Shown in pieces: positions 1 through 10,090 of a stretch of 64,000 nucleotides of DNA. Each line of letters begins with the position of its first letter. Positions within the stretch are counted from its first letter, which is position 1. The stretch lies in NCBI GenBank assembly GCA_963796965.1, contig CAWCNS010000011.1:352001-416000 (forward strand), in the 5' to 3' direction. The translations under genes and the position numbers were made by a program. The notes beneath the pieces are model-generated. The model had not been told where the DNA came from, made no database searches, and saw nothing but the letters and a program-made list of their open reading frames with translations. The DNA comes from Calditrichia bacterium. Lineage in GTDB: Bacteria; Calditrichota; Calditrichia; JAJRVZ01.

Positions 1-140
1 GGAATTGCTTTTGCTTCTTCACTTATGCCTTCTGTTCCCATTAGGATACTAAGTGAATCCCAATTCCAGGCTGCGAAAACCACTACAGACAGGACAATGA
101 CACCTACAATTCCTAAGGTCCACTTAAGCCACTTTTTCAT
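1..140 (-). CDS. 5' end of a membrane-anchored hypothetical protein (runs off the window)
   Basis: ATG at 140 reads MKKWLKWTLGIVGVIVLSVVVFAAWNW..., a signal/TM-like N-terminus. Confidence 0.65.
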   Translation of the reverse strand, partial: MKKWLKWTLGIVGVIVLSVVVFAAWNWDSLSILMGTEGISEEAKAI

Positions 141-192
141 AACCTGCTACCCCTTTTTAAATTACATCTGTTCTAAACTTTAATTGCAACAT

Positions 193-416
193 TATAAGTG
201 TCCGGTTAAGATTTAGATATGTAATTATAAACAACGAGATATCCAATGGATTAATAGATTTCCCAACATGGGGACTTGATTTAAAGAACTCACCCTAAAT
301 CCCTCTCTTGAAAAGAGAGGGACTTTAAGGAGCCCCTTCTCATGAAGAAGAGAAGGGATTTTTAAATGAGGATTTTTGTTAAAATATTTATTCTTCTTTT
401 AAACCGGACACTCATG
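193..416. mobile_element. MITE-like non-autonomous element with terminal inverted repeats and 9-bp target duplication
   Basis: Left end tATAAGTGTCCGGTT vs reverse complement of right end cATGAGTGTCCGGTT; flanked by TTGCAACAT at 184-192 and 417-425; internal hairpins ccctctctt-gaa-aagagaggg and cccttctc...gagaaggg. Confidence 0.7.
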
Positions 417-527
417 TTGCAACATTAATAATTATAAGTGTGTAAAAAGTAAGGTTTGGTTGTTAATCTTGCAAGATTTTTGGTTGGATTTTTTATACAA
501 TCCAGAGAATACAGATTTGTGAAGCTG

Positions 528-635
528 TTTTTTACCACAAAGGGCACAAAGAATCCACAAAGGTCACAAAGAATAATATTAAATATTAATTCTTGGTGTA
601 CTTGGTGCCTTCTTTGTGCCCTTTGTGGTAAAAAA
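528..635. repeat. Long palindrome built from about 9-nt CACAAAG units
   Basis: 26-bp perfect IR ttttttaccacaaagggcacaaagaa (528-553) / ttctttgtgccctttgtggtaaaaaa (610-635). Confidence 0.85.
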
Positions 636-712
636 TAATCTGTACAATTTGATAACTTTTATTATTACGATTTTTCTGGAATATCATATTATTCTTTTAG
701 TTAAATTATTAC

Positions 713-1414
713 ATGGCATTTAAAGATCGTTTATTTCTATTTTTGAGTGGTATTTTCCTGACCTCATTAGTATTGGGAAACATTATCGGTACAACAAAGT
801 TCGTCAATATTTTCGGATTGGTCGTTCCTGCCGGTGTGTTGGCTTACCCTTTTACCTTTTTAGCTACCGATCTGATCTGTGAATTATATGGCAAGAAAAA
901 AGCACAGACATTGGTTTGGGTTGGATTTGCGATGAATTTTTTTATGCTTGGGCTTATGACCTTGGGACATTATCTCCCAGACGCCACAGGTGTTTCAGGT
1001 GCAGCCTCTACTTTTGAGAATGTCTATCGGTTTATGATTGGTAATGTGATCGCTTCCATGATTGCCTATTTAATAGCGCAAACGGTTGATGTTCATATGT
1101 TCCATTTTTGGAAACGACTGACCAAGGGCAAGCATCTCTGGTTACGAAATAATGCTTCTACCACTTTCAGTCAATTAATTGATACAATAGCCATATTGTC
1201 GATTTTATATTGGGCAAATAATCTGGGGCCGGAAATAGACAGCATTGGCCGGTTAATCGAATTGATCTTTGCCTCATACCTGTTCAAATTCTTCTTTGCC
1301 TTATTTGACACACCTCTTTTTTATCTCGGTGTTTACCTACTTAAAGATAAAGTTCATGATGATCCTGATGAGGAGAAATGGGGATATCACTCATTCAAAG
1401 AAGAAGCGCTCTGA
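713..1414 (+). CDS. yhhQ: Queuosine precursor transporter (Vut_1/YhhQ family)
   Basis: Multi-TM protein with YPFTFLATDLICELYG and HLWLRNNASTTFSQLIDT motifs. Confidence 0.9.
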   Translation: MAFKDRLFLFLSGIFLTSLVLGNIIGTTKFVNIFGLVVPAGVLAYPFTFLATDLICELYGKKKAQTLVWVGFAMNFFMLGLMTLGHYLPDATGVSGAASTFENVYRFMIGNVIASMIAYLIAQTVDVHMFHFWKRLTKGKHLWLRNNASTTFSQLIDTIAILSILYWANNLGPEIDSIGRLIELIFASYLFKFFFALFDTPLFYLGVYLLKDKVHDDPDEEKWGYHSFKEEAL

Positions 1415-1423
1415 GCGGATTTG

Positions 1424-1651
1424 GGATGCGGGATGCGGGATATGGGATTCGTGATACGTGATAGGTGATGTTGGTGGATTCAGGAACGATTTGTGCCAGA
1501 CAACAGATCTTTTAAACAGGATCACAGGATTGACAGGATTATATGTTAATATTTTGGATTCTGGATTGTGGATTTTGGAGCAATCAAAAATCCTTAAATC
1601 CGAATTCCCAATTCCAAAATATTTTATCCTGTCAATCCTGTGATCCTGTCC
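1424..1651. repeat. Nested intergenic repeats: heptamer tracts plus ACAGGAT-unit palindrome
   Basis: ggatgcg/ggatatg/gatacgt heptamers; acaggatcacaggattgacaggat ... atcctgtcaatcctgtgatcctgt inverted arms enclosing ggattct/ggattgt ... aatcc tracts. Confidence 0.75.
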
Positions 1652-1722
1652 AAAAATTCTTTGTGTACTTTATGATAAAAAAGAGCAACACGTCGTGACA
1701 CAAAGATATCAGTAAATAACGG

Positions 1723-2823
1723 GTGCAAAACATGAGTCAATTTAAACTGAAGATAGTTATCTTTTGCTTAGTGTTCGCCTGGCTCTTTAATGCCTTCCCG
1801 GCTTTGGCATGCACGGCATTTATGCTGAAGAATAAGGAAAAAATATATGTTGGCAGGAATTTGGATTGGCCCATCGGAGACGGGTTCATCGTCATCAATC
1901 AGAAGAATGTAATGAAATATTCCATGGTAGAGGTCAGTAATCGGAGTATCAGATGGAAATCAAAATACAGAAGTGTGACTTTTAACCAATTGGGGAAAGA
2001 GTTTCCATTGGGCGGTATGAATGAGTCGGGATTGGTTGTAGAAGAATTATCTTATAGTCCAGCTGTATATGTATGGAATGACAGCCTTCCAGTGATAAAT
2101 GAATTGCAGTGGATCCAATATCAGCTTGATAATTTTTCTTCGGTAAAGGAAGTTCTTGAGAACCTATCGAAATTATGTATTGAGAAACTATTATTTGGTT
2201 TACATTATTTTATAGCTGATAAGTCAGGAAATTCCGCTGTTATTGAATTTCTTAATGGTCATGTCCGGATCTATTCTGATGAGAGGCTTCCCTACCCCGT
2301 ATTGAGTAATAATACCTATGAAAATTCAATCAAATATTTACGTGGGTATAAAGGTTTTGGTGGAGAAAAAGAAATTATAAGCGGCAGATCTGGCTCACAG
2401 GAACGGTTTCTTTACACCGCAGATTTGACTAAAGAGGAAAATGTACCCAGAGTCGGATCATTACAGGAATATGCTTTTGACATCCTTAACAAGGTGCAGC
2501 AACAGGATACACAATGGCGTATCGTATATAATCCAAAGGACCTGGAAATAGAGTTTAGATTTAAGAAATCAAAGAGACCGATTCATTTAGAATTCAAAAA
2601 TATAGATTTTAACAATTGTAAAATTTACCCCATTCCTTCAAACAATGACGACTTTGTTGATTATCCTGAGTTTATTCCCTATTCACTTCAGAACAATATG
2701 CAATTATTAGATTCGGTATTTACACAACTAATCCGCTTAGATGAGGTTGACCCATCCGCTGCCCAAAAAACTCAAACCACCATAAATCAATATTTAGTTA
2801 TTCAAGATCCAGATTCGTTATGA
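1723..2823 (+). CDS. Linear amide C-N hydrolase (choloylglycine hydrolase/penicillin V acylase, Ntn family), secreted
   Basis: Signal peptide then catalytic C-T (ALA-CTAF), GRNLDW, GGMNESGL, LHYFIAD motifs; start may be ATG 1732. Confidence 0.85.
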   Translation: MQNMSQFKLKIVIFCLVFAWLFNAFPALACTAFMLKNKEKIYVGRNLDWPIGDGFIVINQKNVMKYSMVEVSNRSIRWKSKYRSVTFNQLGKEFPLGGMNESGLVVEELSYSPAVYVWNDSLPVINELQWIQYQLDNFSSVKEVLENLSKLCIEKLLFGLHYFIADKSGNSAVIEFLNGHVRIYSDERLPYPVLSNNTYENSIKYLRGYKGFGGEKEIISGRSGSQERFLYTADLTKEENVPRVGSLQEYAFDILNKVQQQDTQWRIVYNPKDLEIEFRFKKSKRPIHLEFKNIDFNNCKIYPIPSNNDDFVDYPEFIPYSLQNNMQLLDSVFTQLIRLDEVDPSAAQKTQTTINQYLVIQDPDSL

Positions 2824-2959
2824 GAAAACAAACGATTTGTCAACCTAATTTGCGCTATTTACGCTAATCAACTGGCCATATTTGCATTAATTCAGGCAAT
2901 TTTTATTAACCCATTGAGGGACATTGTTTGGTAATGAGACCATGTGGGATTCAAAGATT

Positions 2960-3080
2960 CCCGGGTACAACAAGAAAACGAACCATTTTATCCTGCCGGT
3001 TCGTATTCAGTATGTTGAGAATAAACATCAACTTAGACGTAGTGATTATGTGAGGACCAAATTTCTGCAGCGGCAGATTT
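2960..3080 (+). pseudogene. Truncated copy of tRNA-end/recombinase-tail junction (copy 1)
   Basis: About 120 bp highly similar to 9440-9560 (PGYNKKTNHFILPVxIQYVxNKHQLRRSDYVRTKFL), diverging before the HTH. Confidence 0.7.
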
Positions 3081-3371
3081 GTTGGCATATGGCATGCCTA
3101 AGGCTGCGATCCTTAAAGTATCATTACATCTTCATACGGCGTAATTGTCAATTTCCCCTATTTCCTCCAGGATACCAATTTACCTCAAATTATCTGAAAG
3201 CAAAATATTAAAGTATCAGGGAAATAATCCGATAATTTATTTAACAATTTTCAAAAGTTAAACTTTTTCAACAATCTGATTTGACACTTTTGACAATTAA
3301 TATGGTACTCATCTGCTCTTAATTAATCATGGTAATAGAACTTGAAAAGAATTTTCTTATGGAGGTTTGAA

Positions 3372-4802
3372 ATGTTGAAACGGTTTACGTCGTTTTTTTG
3401 TATTATGTTTATTTCGCAATTCATGAATCTTTTTTCACAAACTGTTATTTCGGAAAAGTGGTATGGAGGAGGTTACAATGATGTGGGTTACGGTGCGGTA
3501 CAATTGGAAGACGGCGGTTTTTTAATTACCGGTATTTACCAGGAATCATATTATAATGATATCTATTTAATCCGAACCGATGCCTTGGGCAATACGCTCT
3601 GGACCAAAACTTATGGTGGCTCATCATGGGATAACGGGTTAGAAATCATATCCACCTTGGACAATAACTATCTTATATGTGGCAGAACTTTTTCCGGCAG
3701 CAGCACAAATTCCGGCGATGCCTGTCTTATAAAAATCGATTCACTGGGGAATACTATCTGGGAGAAGACCTATGGAAGTTCGAGAAAAGATGGTAGTTGG
3801 GCAGTTGCCCAGGCTTCCGATTCAGGTTTTGTATTTACCGGCCAGTATAATTATAGTGATCTCTGGGCAGTTAAAACCGATTCAAAGGGTGTAGAAAAAT
3901 GGTCCCGGACCTATGGTCCGGTTATTGGATACAAAATCATTGAGACGGCAGATATGAATTATCTGATGACCGGAGCGATTGGTACGCCTAATAAGATGTA
4001 TATCGCAAAATTGGACTCATCCAACGGTGATACTTTATGGACCTGTACACTTGGTGGAAGTGACATTGATTTTGGATATGACATATGTAATACCCCTGAG
4101 GGCGGCTTTCTCGTTTTTGGATCAACAAAGTCATTTGGCGCGGGCGGGTATGATATGTACCTGGCGGAGATAACAGCAGACGGCGATACATTATCCACCA
4201 GAACTTACGGTTTAGGACAAGATGAATATGGATATTCAATTTCACCAACCCCGGATAGCGGGTATATTGCCTGTGGTTTCACCGGATCAATCGGAGCCGG
4301 TTTAAATGATGTTTATGTCGTCAAACTCGATGCAAATCTCGATACCGTATGGACCGCTACCTATGGTGGCGAAAATAATGATTGGGGACACGAAGTACTC
4401 TGCAGCGGAGAGAACAGTTACACGATCATAGCCTCAACCCAATCATACGGAAATGCCGGTGATGTTTACTTTTTAAAAATCGTCGAAAACGAAATAACGG
4501 CGATCGATGCGACAGACGAGACTTCCTTGACAACACCACTTTTATATCATTTATCGCAAAACTACCCGAATCCTTTTAACCCGTCCACGACTATATCATT
4601 TACGTTGCCAAAAAACGAATTTGTGAAAGTGACACTTTACAACTTAAATGGACAGGTTGTCCGATCAGTTTATTCCGGTGAAAAAACAGCCGGCATGCAT
4701 CATTTGACCGTTGATGCGTCAAATCTGGCCAGCGGGGTTTATTTTTATACGATTGCCGCCGGGAAATTTCATCAGACAAAAAAGATGATCCTGATGCGAT
4801 AG
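3372..4802 (+). CDS. Secreted beta-propeller repeat protein with T9SS-A/FlgD-like C-terminal sorting domain
   Basis: GGAGG RBS at 3361, signal peptide, repeated D-x-G-xx-LW-x-KTYGG blades, C-terminal [14 protein letters not shown]...KKMILMR. Confidence 0.85.
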   Translation: MLKRFTSFFCIMFISQFMNLFSQTVISEKWYGGGYNDVGYGAVQLEDGGFLITGIYQESYYNDIYLIRTDALGNTLWTKTYGGSSWDNGLEIISTLDNNYLICGRTFSGSSTNSGDACLIKIDSLGNTIWEKTYGSSRKDGSWAVAQASDSGFVFTGQYNYSDLWAVKTDSKGVEKWSRTYGPVIGYKIIETADMNYLMTGAIGTPNKMYIAKLDSSNGDTLWTCTLGGSDIDFGYDICNTPEGGFLVFGSTKSFGAGGYDMYLAEITADGDTLSTRTYGLGQDEYGYSISPTPDSGYIACGFTGSIGAGLNDVYVVKLDANLDTVWTATYGGENNDWGHEVLCSGENSYTIIASTQSYGNAGDVYFLKIVENEITAIDATDETSLTTPLLYHLSQNYPNPFNPSTTISFTLPKNEFVKVTLYNLNGQVVRSVYSGEKTAGMHHLTVDASNLASGVYFYTIAAGKFHQTKKMILMR

Positions 4803-4833
4803 TATCAAATGCTAGCAGGTGAATTGTTTTTTT

Positions 4834-4970
4834 AGACAAGATAACAGGATCTACAGGATAAAATATTGGACGAAGAAAGGAAGCATAAAATATTTAATTA
4901 TTAACTCGATATGACTGAATATAAGATCATAATTAATAAATTAAATCCTTTTAATCCTGTGATCCTGTCA
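4834..4970. repeat. ACAGGAT-unit palindromic element
   Basis: gacaagataacaggatctacaggat ... atccttttaatcctgtgatcctgtc; same family as 1516-1651 and 35385-35615. Confidence 0.75.
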
Positions 4971-5459
4971 AAAAAAGAAACGTATAGTCATATGATACAA
5001 ACTTACGATAATATTTATAAATCGGTTACCTGTGGTCGAAAAGGGATTTTCAAAGTCCCCGGATGTTTAACCTATAAATCTCCGGGGGCGATTTTATACG
5101 GTAATTCTTTCTATTAGAGAGTTGAAATAATGTGATATCGACCGAGGGTTACCCTCCTAATAAAATCCTAAGCATGAATTCCTAAACCCTAAACAATCTC
5201 AAATTTTAAATTATAAATTAATTAAAAATTTAGTAATTGAGAATTGCTTTTACTCAACCTATGAATATTTTATCTTTCTACTTATAAATTATTTGAATAA
5301 GTTATAATTGATATAGTTATTCCTTTACGTATCTATAAAATATGACATTCAAATAATGAATAATCTCATATGAAAATTAATCTGACGTGATACCGGATAC
5401 CTGCATAAAGATTTAAAAAACAAATGAGAAAACCGAAAAATTAATCCGGAGATATATTG

Positions 5460-7055
5460 ATGGATCCACTTTGGATTGTCATTGCCTTTGTACTTGGTTT
5501 TGCGGTCAAACAAATTGGCTTGCCGCCGCTGATAGGATTTCTGGCTGCCGGTTTTGTACTTAATGCGATGGGTTTTGAAGGCGGAGAGACTCTTAACCAA
5601 ATCGCTGATTTTGGCCTGTATCTCCTGCTATTTAGTATTGGATTAAAACTAAATGTTAAAAGTCTACTTAAACCTCAGATATGGGCGAGCGCTTCTCTGC
5701 ATATGCTTATCACTGTCGTTGTCTTTGGAGCAGCATTTTTTGCCCTTAGCGTGACCGGGCTCGCTTATTTTACTGATCTGGATTTGATGACGTCATTGTT
5801 AGCCGCCTTTGCTCTCAGTTTTTCCAGTACCGTTTTCGCCGTAAAAATTCTTGAAGAGACGGGCGAGATGTCAGCCATTCACGGAAGGATTGCAATAGGC
5901 ATTTTAATCATGCAGGATATATTTGCCGTCATCTTTTTAACCTTATCATCCGGCAAAACTCCTTCTCCATGGGCGATCGTTTTGGTCGCTATTCTGGTAA
6001 TCCCCATTCTGCTTAACAAGACACGACCCGTTTCATATATTATCAATAAATCTGGCCATGGTGAGCTTTTAGTCTTACTTGGTGTGCTGATTCCTTTCGG
6101 TTATGCAACCTTATTTGGTATGGTGGATTTAAAACCGGATTTGGGCGCCTTGATATCAGGCATCGCTTTTAGTCGTTACCCAAAAGCGAGAGAGTTAAGC
6201 AACGCCATGTTAGGTTTCAAGGACTTGTTTTTGGTCGGTTTTTTTCTGACCATTGGCCTCGCCGGCACGCCGGATTTAACTATGCTGGGAATTTCATCTC
6301 TGTTAGCTCTATTAGTTCCCATAAAAGTCGTATTCTTTTTTTTAATACTCACCAGGTTCAAACTGCGGGCACGCACATCTACACTTGCATCTTTCAGCCT
6401 GGCCAATTACAGTGAATTCGGATTAATCGTCGGCGCAGCAGGTGTTGCGGCAGGCTGGCTTAATCCAGAGTGGTTAATAATTTTTGCTATTGCTCTTTCA
6501 ATATCATTTATACTGGCCTCACCAATAAACATGGCCGCAAATAGTATTTACGCACGCTGGCATGAGAAACTCCAACGATTCGAAACCAAAAAGCGTCTAC
6601 CAGAGGATGAGCCCATCGATTCTGGTGATGCAGAAATTATTATTTTAGGTATGGGACGTATTGGCACAGAGGTTTACAAAGTAATGGAAGATAAATTTGG
6701 TCAGATCGTGTTAGGAATCGATTCCGAGAAAGAAACGATAGACAACCATCTTACCTTAATGCGGAATGTCATACATGGAGATGCGACTGACTCTGATTTC
6801 TGGGAACGTGTCTGTTTCTCCTCAAAAGTACGTTTAATTATTATGGCAACCTCGAATCATTCAGTACAGATGGAAGTCATTGAGCAGCTCAGGAAGTTTA
6901 CCGATAAAAAAACAATTGTCGCTCTTTCCAGATATGAGGACGAAATAGCAGAACTAAAAGCAGCTGGTGTAGAGGAGGTGTTTAATTTCTATTCTGAAGC
7001 TGGTATTGGTTATGCTGAACATGTTTTTAAGTTTTCAAAAAAATCCGGTTTTTAA
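5460..7055 (+). CDS. CPA2 cation:proton antiporter (Kef/YbaL-like) with C-terminal TrkA-N (RCK) domain
   Basis: Many TM helices, LSFSSTVF and GILIMQD motifs, GMGRIG...HGDATD RCK domain. Confidence 0.9.
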   Translation: MDPLWIVIAFVLGFAVKQIGLPPLIGFLAAGFVLNAMGFEGGETLNQIADFGLYLLLFSIGLKLNVKSLLKPQIWASASLHMLITVVVFGAAFFALSVTGLAYFTDLDLMTSLLAAFALSFSSTVFAVKILEETGEMSAIHGRIAIGILIMQDIFAVIFLTLSSGKTPSPWAIVLVAILVIPILLNKTRPVSYIINKSGHGELLVLLGVLIPFGYATLFGMVDLKPDLGALISGIAFSRYPKARELSNAMLGFKDLFLVGFFLTIGLAGTPDLTMLGISSLLALLVPIKVVFFFLILTRFKLRARTSTLASFSLANYSEFGLIVGAAGVAAGWLNPEWLIIFAIALSISFILASPINMAANSIYARWHEKLQRFETKKRLPEDEPIDSGDAEIIILGMGRIGTEVYKVMEDKFGQIVLGIDSEKETIDNHLTLMRNVIHGDATDSDFWERVCFSSKVRLIIMATSNHSVQMEVIEQLRKFTDKKTIVALSRYEDEIAELKAAGVEEVFNFYSEAGIGYAEHVFKFSKKSGF

Positions 7056-7113
7056 ACAGCGGAATAAAAAGTAACATTATGACAGTAAGTGACATTTAAT
7101 TTTGGCCTCGCCC

Positions 7114-7551
7114 TCAAGTGATTTGTTTTACATTTTTACTAAAGACTACCTGCGTTTTAGAGAGAGAATATCCCAAATTTTTATAAAACTCATGTGCCTG
7201 CTCACGAATGACATTAGCCCGGATACGGATAACATTGGTATGATCTTTTAGCCAATTCTCAGCGGTGCTCACAAGCCCTTTACCAACACCTCTTCCACGA
7301 CTTGCTTCATCAACTACCAGACTTACAATTTCACCGTTTGTGCCTGCAGCTAAACGTACATCTATAATGGCTGATACACAACCACAAACCCTGCCTGAAA
7401 GTTCTGCAACAAAAACTTCACCGCCGCTACCTCTGACAGCGCTGATGTTTTTTGCCAGACTTTCTTCGCTATGTTCATAGCCTAGTTGAGCCATTAGCTC
7501 AAGCAGAGCCTCAATATCTGAATTAGAGTATTTTCGAAATTTTGGAATCAT
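7114..7551 (-). CDS. GNAT family N-acetyltransferase
   Basis: LVVDEASRGRGVGKGL acetyl-CoA motif, AHEFYKNLGY. Confidence 0.9.
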   Translation of the reverse strand: MIPKFRKYSNSDIEALLELMAQLGYEHSEESLAKNISAVRGSGGEVFVAELSGRVCGCVSAIIDVRLAAGTNGEIVSLVVDEASRGRGVGKGLVSTAENWLKDHTNVIRIRANVIREQAHEFYKNLGYSLSKTQVVFSKNVKQIT

Positions 7552-8025
7552 AGATAAAAATGTATAACCTTTGGTAGCTATTTCTTCATGCTAAGTCCAA
7601 AACTGAATCTTGAAAGAAGTTAGTTAGTCGTGACAAAAAGTTTACGCTATATAATATTAATTTAATATAATTTCGAATGAGAAATGACATAAAAATTATC
7701 CATGATTTAGCCTACCTAAATTTCTGTATCCTGTCGGCAGTCTCCAGAGTCCCTTTTCTTATCCAGTATCTATTTTCTCGTCATCCTGCAAGGATAATCC
7801 TCTCTGAAGTATCATTCACGACAAGTAGAAAGATTCCTACTGAATGACACACCATGTGAATCAGACCCAGAATCAAGCATCCGTATCTAATATTGGTGCA
7901 AAATGCTAAGTCTAAATACTTAAATTCAAAACGATTAGAATTAAGATTGATATATTTATGCTTTGAAATTATATTGAAATATCATATATTGATGATGATA
8001 TATCAAGGTAATTAAGGAAATTTAT

Positions 8026-9171
8026 ATGGCTTTTATAAATCGACCAGCTGACATTAAAATGATCAAAGAATTAATTCGCATTTTTCCGGTCACCGCAATT
8101 CTTGGTGCCCGGCAAACTGGAAAAACGACACTTGCCCGCAAAATGAAAGCGGATCACTACTTTGATCTGGAAAATCCACGTGATTTGGTGAAGCTTGACC
8201 ATCCACAGACCTCGCTCGAACAATTATCGGGTTTGATCGTTATTGATGAAATTCAACGAAAACCGGATTTGTTCCCTCTGCTAAGGTATCTGGTTGACTC
8301 CAGGCCCGACCAAAAATATTTGATTCTCGGCAGTGCTTCGCAACACCTGATCAAAAACAGCAGCGAATCACTTGCAGGCCGCATAGGATATTTTCAACTT
8401 GGTGGATTGCGGTTGGATGATGTTTCATCAGGAAAAAGGAATCAATTGTGGTTGAGAGGAGGATTACCGAGATCATATTTAGCTGATAATGATCGGGATA
8501 GTTTTACATGGTTAAATAACTATGTTCTGACCTTTCTTGAGCGGGATATTCCACAACTGGGAATTACCATTCCATCACAAACTCTACACCGGTTCTGGCA
8601 AATGGTAAGCCATTATCATGGTCAGATTATCAATTATTCAGAGTTAGCACGTTCTTTTGGCATCAGTGATATGACGGTTCGCAGGTATCTTGATATTTTA
8701 TCACAAACATTTATGATTCGTTTGTTGCCGCCCTGGTATCCAAACTTGAAAAAAAGACTGGTTAAAAGACCTAAACTATATGTTAAAGACTCCGGTGTTT
8801 TTCATTCTCTGCAGTCTCTTCAAAGGTATGATGATTTGCTTGCTCATCCCAAATTAGGCGCATCCTGGGAAGGTTTTGCCATTGAAAATGTGATTAGGAT
8901 TATAGGAGAACCGGCACATAGTTTTTATTTCTGGCGAACTCACGCCGGTGCAGAGCTGGATTTGTTTTGGCAGGCGCATGGTAGTAACTGGGGAGTCGAA
9001 ATTAAATATGCGGATGCGCCTGGAATCACAGTGTCCATGAAAAACGCCGTTTATGATCTAAAACTTAAACATCTGTGGATTGTGTATCCGGGAAGCGAGG
9101 TGTATAAACTTGGGGATAACATTTCGGTAATCCCTTTCACTAATATAAAAGGAAAGTGGAATTACTATTAA
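8026..9171 (+). CDS. AAA+ ATPase, AAA_14 plus DUF4143
   Basis: GARQTGKT Walker A, IVIDEIQ Walker B, SESLAGR, GASWEG, ELD...EIK nuclease-like C-terminus. Confidence 0.9.
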   Translation: MAFINRPADIKMIKELIRIFPVTAILGARQTGKTTLARKMKADHYFDLENPRDLVKLDHPQTSLEQLSGLIVIDEIQRKPDLFPLLRYLVDSRPDQKYLILGSASQHLIKNSSESLAGRIGYFQLGGLRLDDVSSGKRNQLWLRGGLPRSYLADNDRDSFTWLNNYVLTFLERDIPQLGITIPSQTLHRFWQMVSHYHGQIINYSELARSFGISDMTVRRYLDILSQTFMIRLLPPWYPNLKKRLVKRPKLYVKDSGVFHSLQSLQRYDDLLAHPKLGASWEGFAIENVIRIIGEPAHSFYFWRTHAGAELDLFWQAHGSNWGVEIKYADAPGITVSMKNAVYDLKLKHLWIVYPGSEVYKLGDNISVIPFTNIKGKWNYY

Positions 9172-9219
9172 TGGTCCGTCTTCGCCGGACAACCTCATGA
9201 TTAATCCGCCAAAGGACAA

Positions 9220-9400
9220 AATTCCAATCCACAAGATACAAAAAACAAACAAACAACAATGACTCAAGAAGAAAACAAAAATCTAAGTACAATTATTGGA
9301 GTACAAACAATACTTAAATTTCTGTTTCGAAACTAATTATTATTTGGGGTTGGGATTTGAGGTTTGTTTGGAAATTGGTGCATGGAATTTGGAATTTTTT
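9220..9400. repeat. Degenerate heptamer-based inverted repeat element
   Basis: aaattccaatccacaagatacaaa... facing ...ttgggatttgagg...ggaaattggtgcatggaatttggaattt. Confidence 0.5.
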
Positions 9401-9407
9401 GTCAAAT

Positions 9408-9431
9408 AAAAAAGGCCTCAAAAAGAGGCCT
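9408..9431 (-). terminator. Intrinsic terminator just 3' of the tRNA-like end
   Basis: aggcctc-aaaaa-gaggcct hairpin preceded by an A-run (U-tract on minus strand). Confidence 0.6.
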
Positions 9432-9434
9432 AAA

Positions 9435-9769
9435 GGCTCCCCGGGTACAACAAGAAGACGAACCATTTTATCCTACCAGTCAGTATTCAGTATGTCGATA
9501 ATAAACATCAACTTAGACGTAGTGATTATGTGAGGACAAAATTCCTGAAACAGCGTATTTATGGCTATTTTTATAACAATTTGCGGATTAATAAACCTGA
9601 GAAGTTAACACGGGAAGAGTTACGGGATAATTACCGAAATGAGCGAATTAATAGATCGATCGAGTATCAAAAACTGATTGAAGAAAACGGCTGGAGCAAA
9701 GCAGATCTGGCCAGGTATTTGAGCGTCTCCCGAGCGTGGGTTACGATTGTTATGCGGGAGTTGGAGTAA
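9435..9769 (+). pseudogene. tRNA-Asn-type 3' end fused to start-less HTH tail (copy 2), probable split recombinase C-terminus
   Basis: ggctccccgggta is the antisense of an Asn-type acceptor end; open frame LPGYNKKTN...EENGWSKADLARYLSVSRAWVTIVMRELE. Confidence 0.65.
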
Positions 9770-9871
9770 ATTCTCTCAGAAGCACCCTATTCTGACTATT
9801 TTGTAGTAACATTGTAGTCAATTTCTGACACTAAAAAAGGGTTCACGAATTGAGATAAACCAATTTTTTGT

Positions 9872-9913
9872 TGGTGGCACCTACCGGAATCAAACTGGGA
9901 TACACGGAGTTTC
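9872..9913 (-). pseudogene. Degenerate tRNA 3' half (Phe-like), probable att remnant
   Basis: Minus strand gaaactccgtgtatcccagtttgattccggtaggtgccacca: T-loop-like GTTTGATTC, CCA end, hairpin plus U-tract downstream (9833-9869). Confidence 0.55.
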
Positions 9914-9971
9914 TCCATTTCCTCTGTTGTCCCGTTGTGTCTTTGACAGTGTTCACCAAATATTTGCCAAA

Positions 9972-10090
9972 TCACCTGAGCAGCACCATCTTCTTCACAT
10001 CCTGAAATTCGCCTGCCTCAATTCTATAGAAGTATATTCTGCTTGAGAGATTTTGTGCATTGAATTCTACATGGTGTTGACCTGACATCA
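9972..10090 (-). pseudogene. Orphan 3' fragment of a C-terminal sorting domain
   Basis: Reads [37 protein letters not shown]; no upstream passenger domain. Confidence 0.8.

Noticed and set aside
456..638. 60-aa ORF (TTKGTK...LCALCG)
   Set aside because: Translation of the palindromic repeat; the same applies to ORFs 1458-1643, 4911-5117 and 35370-35555.
636..712. preQ1 riboswitch upstream of yhhQ
   Set aside because: No recognisable preQ1 stem-loop plus A-rich tail; an Rfam scan would settle it.
2924..3211. 95-aa ORF as a real gene
   Set aside because: Only the middle matches the tail family; start and end look like read-through of flanking DNA.
7790..7860. Similarity to 56130-56200 (acaagtag.aagat.c.tactg.atgac)
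   Set aside because: Probably another degenerate palindromic repeat family, but too decayed to define boundaries.
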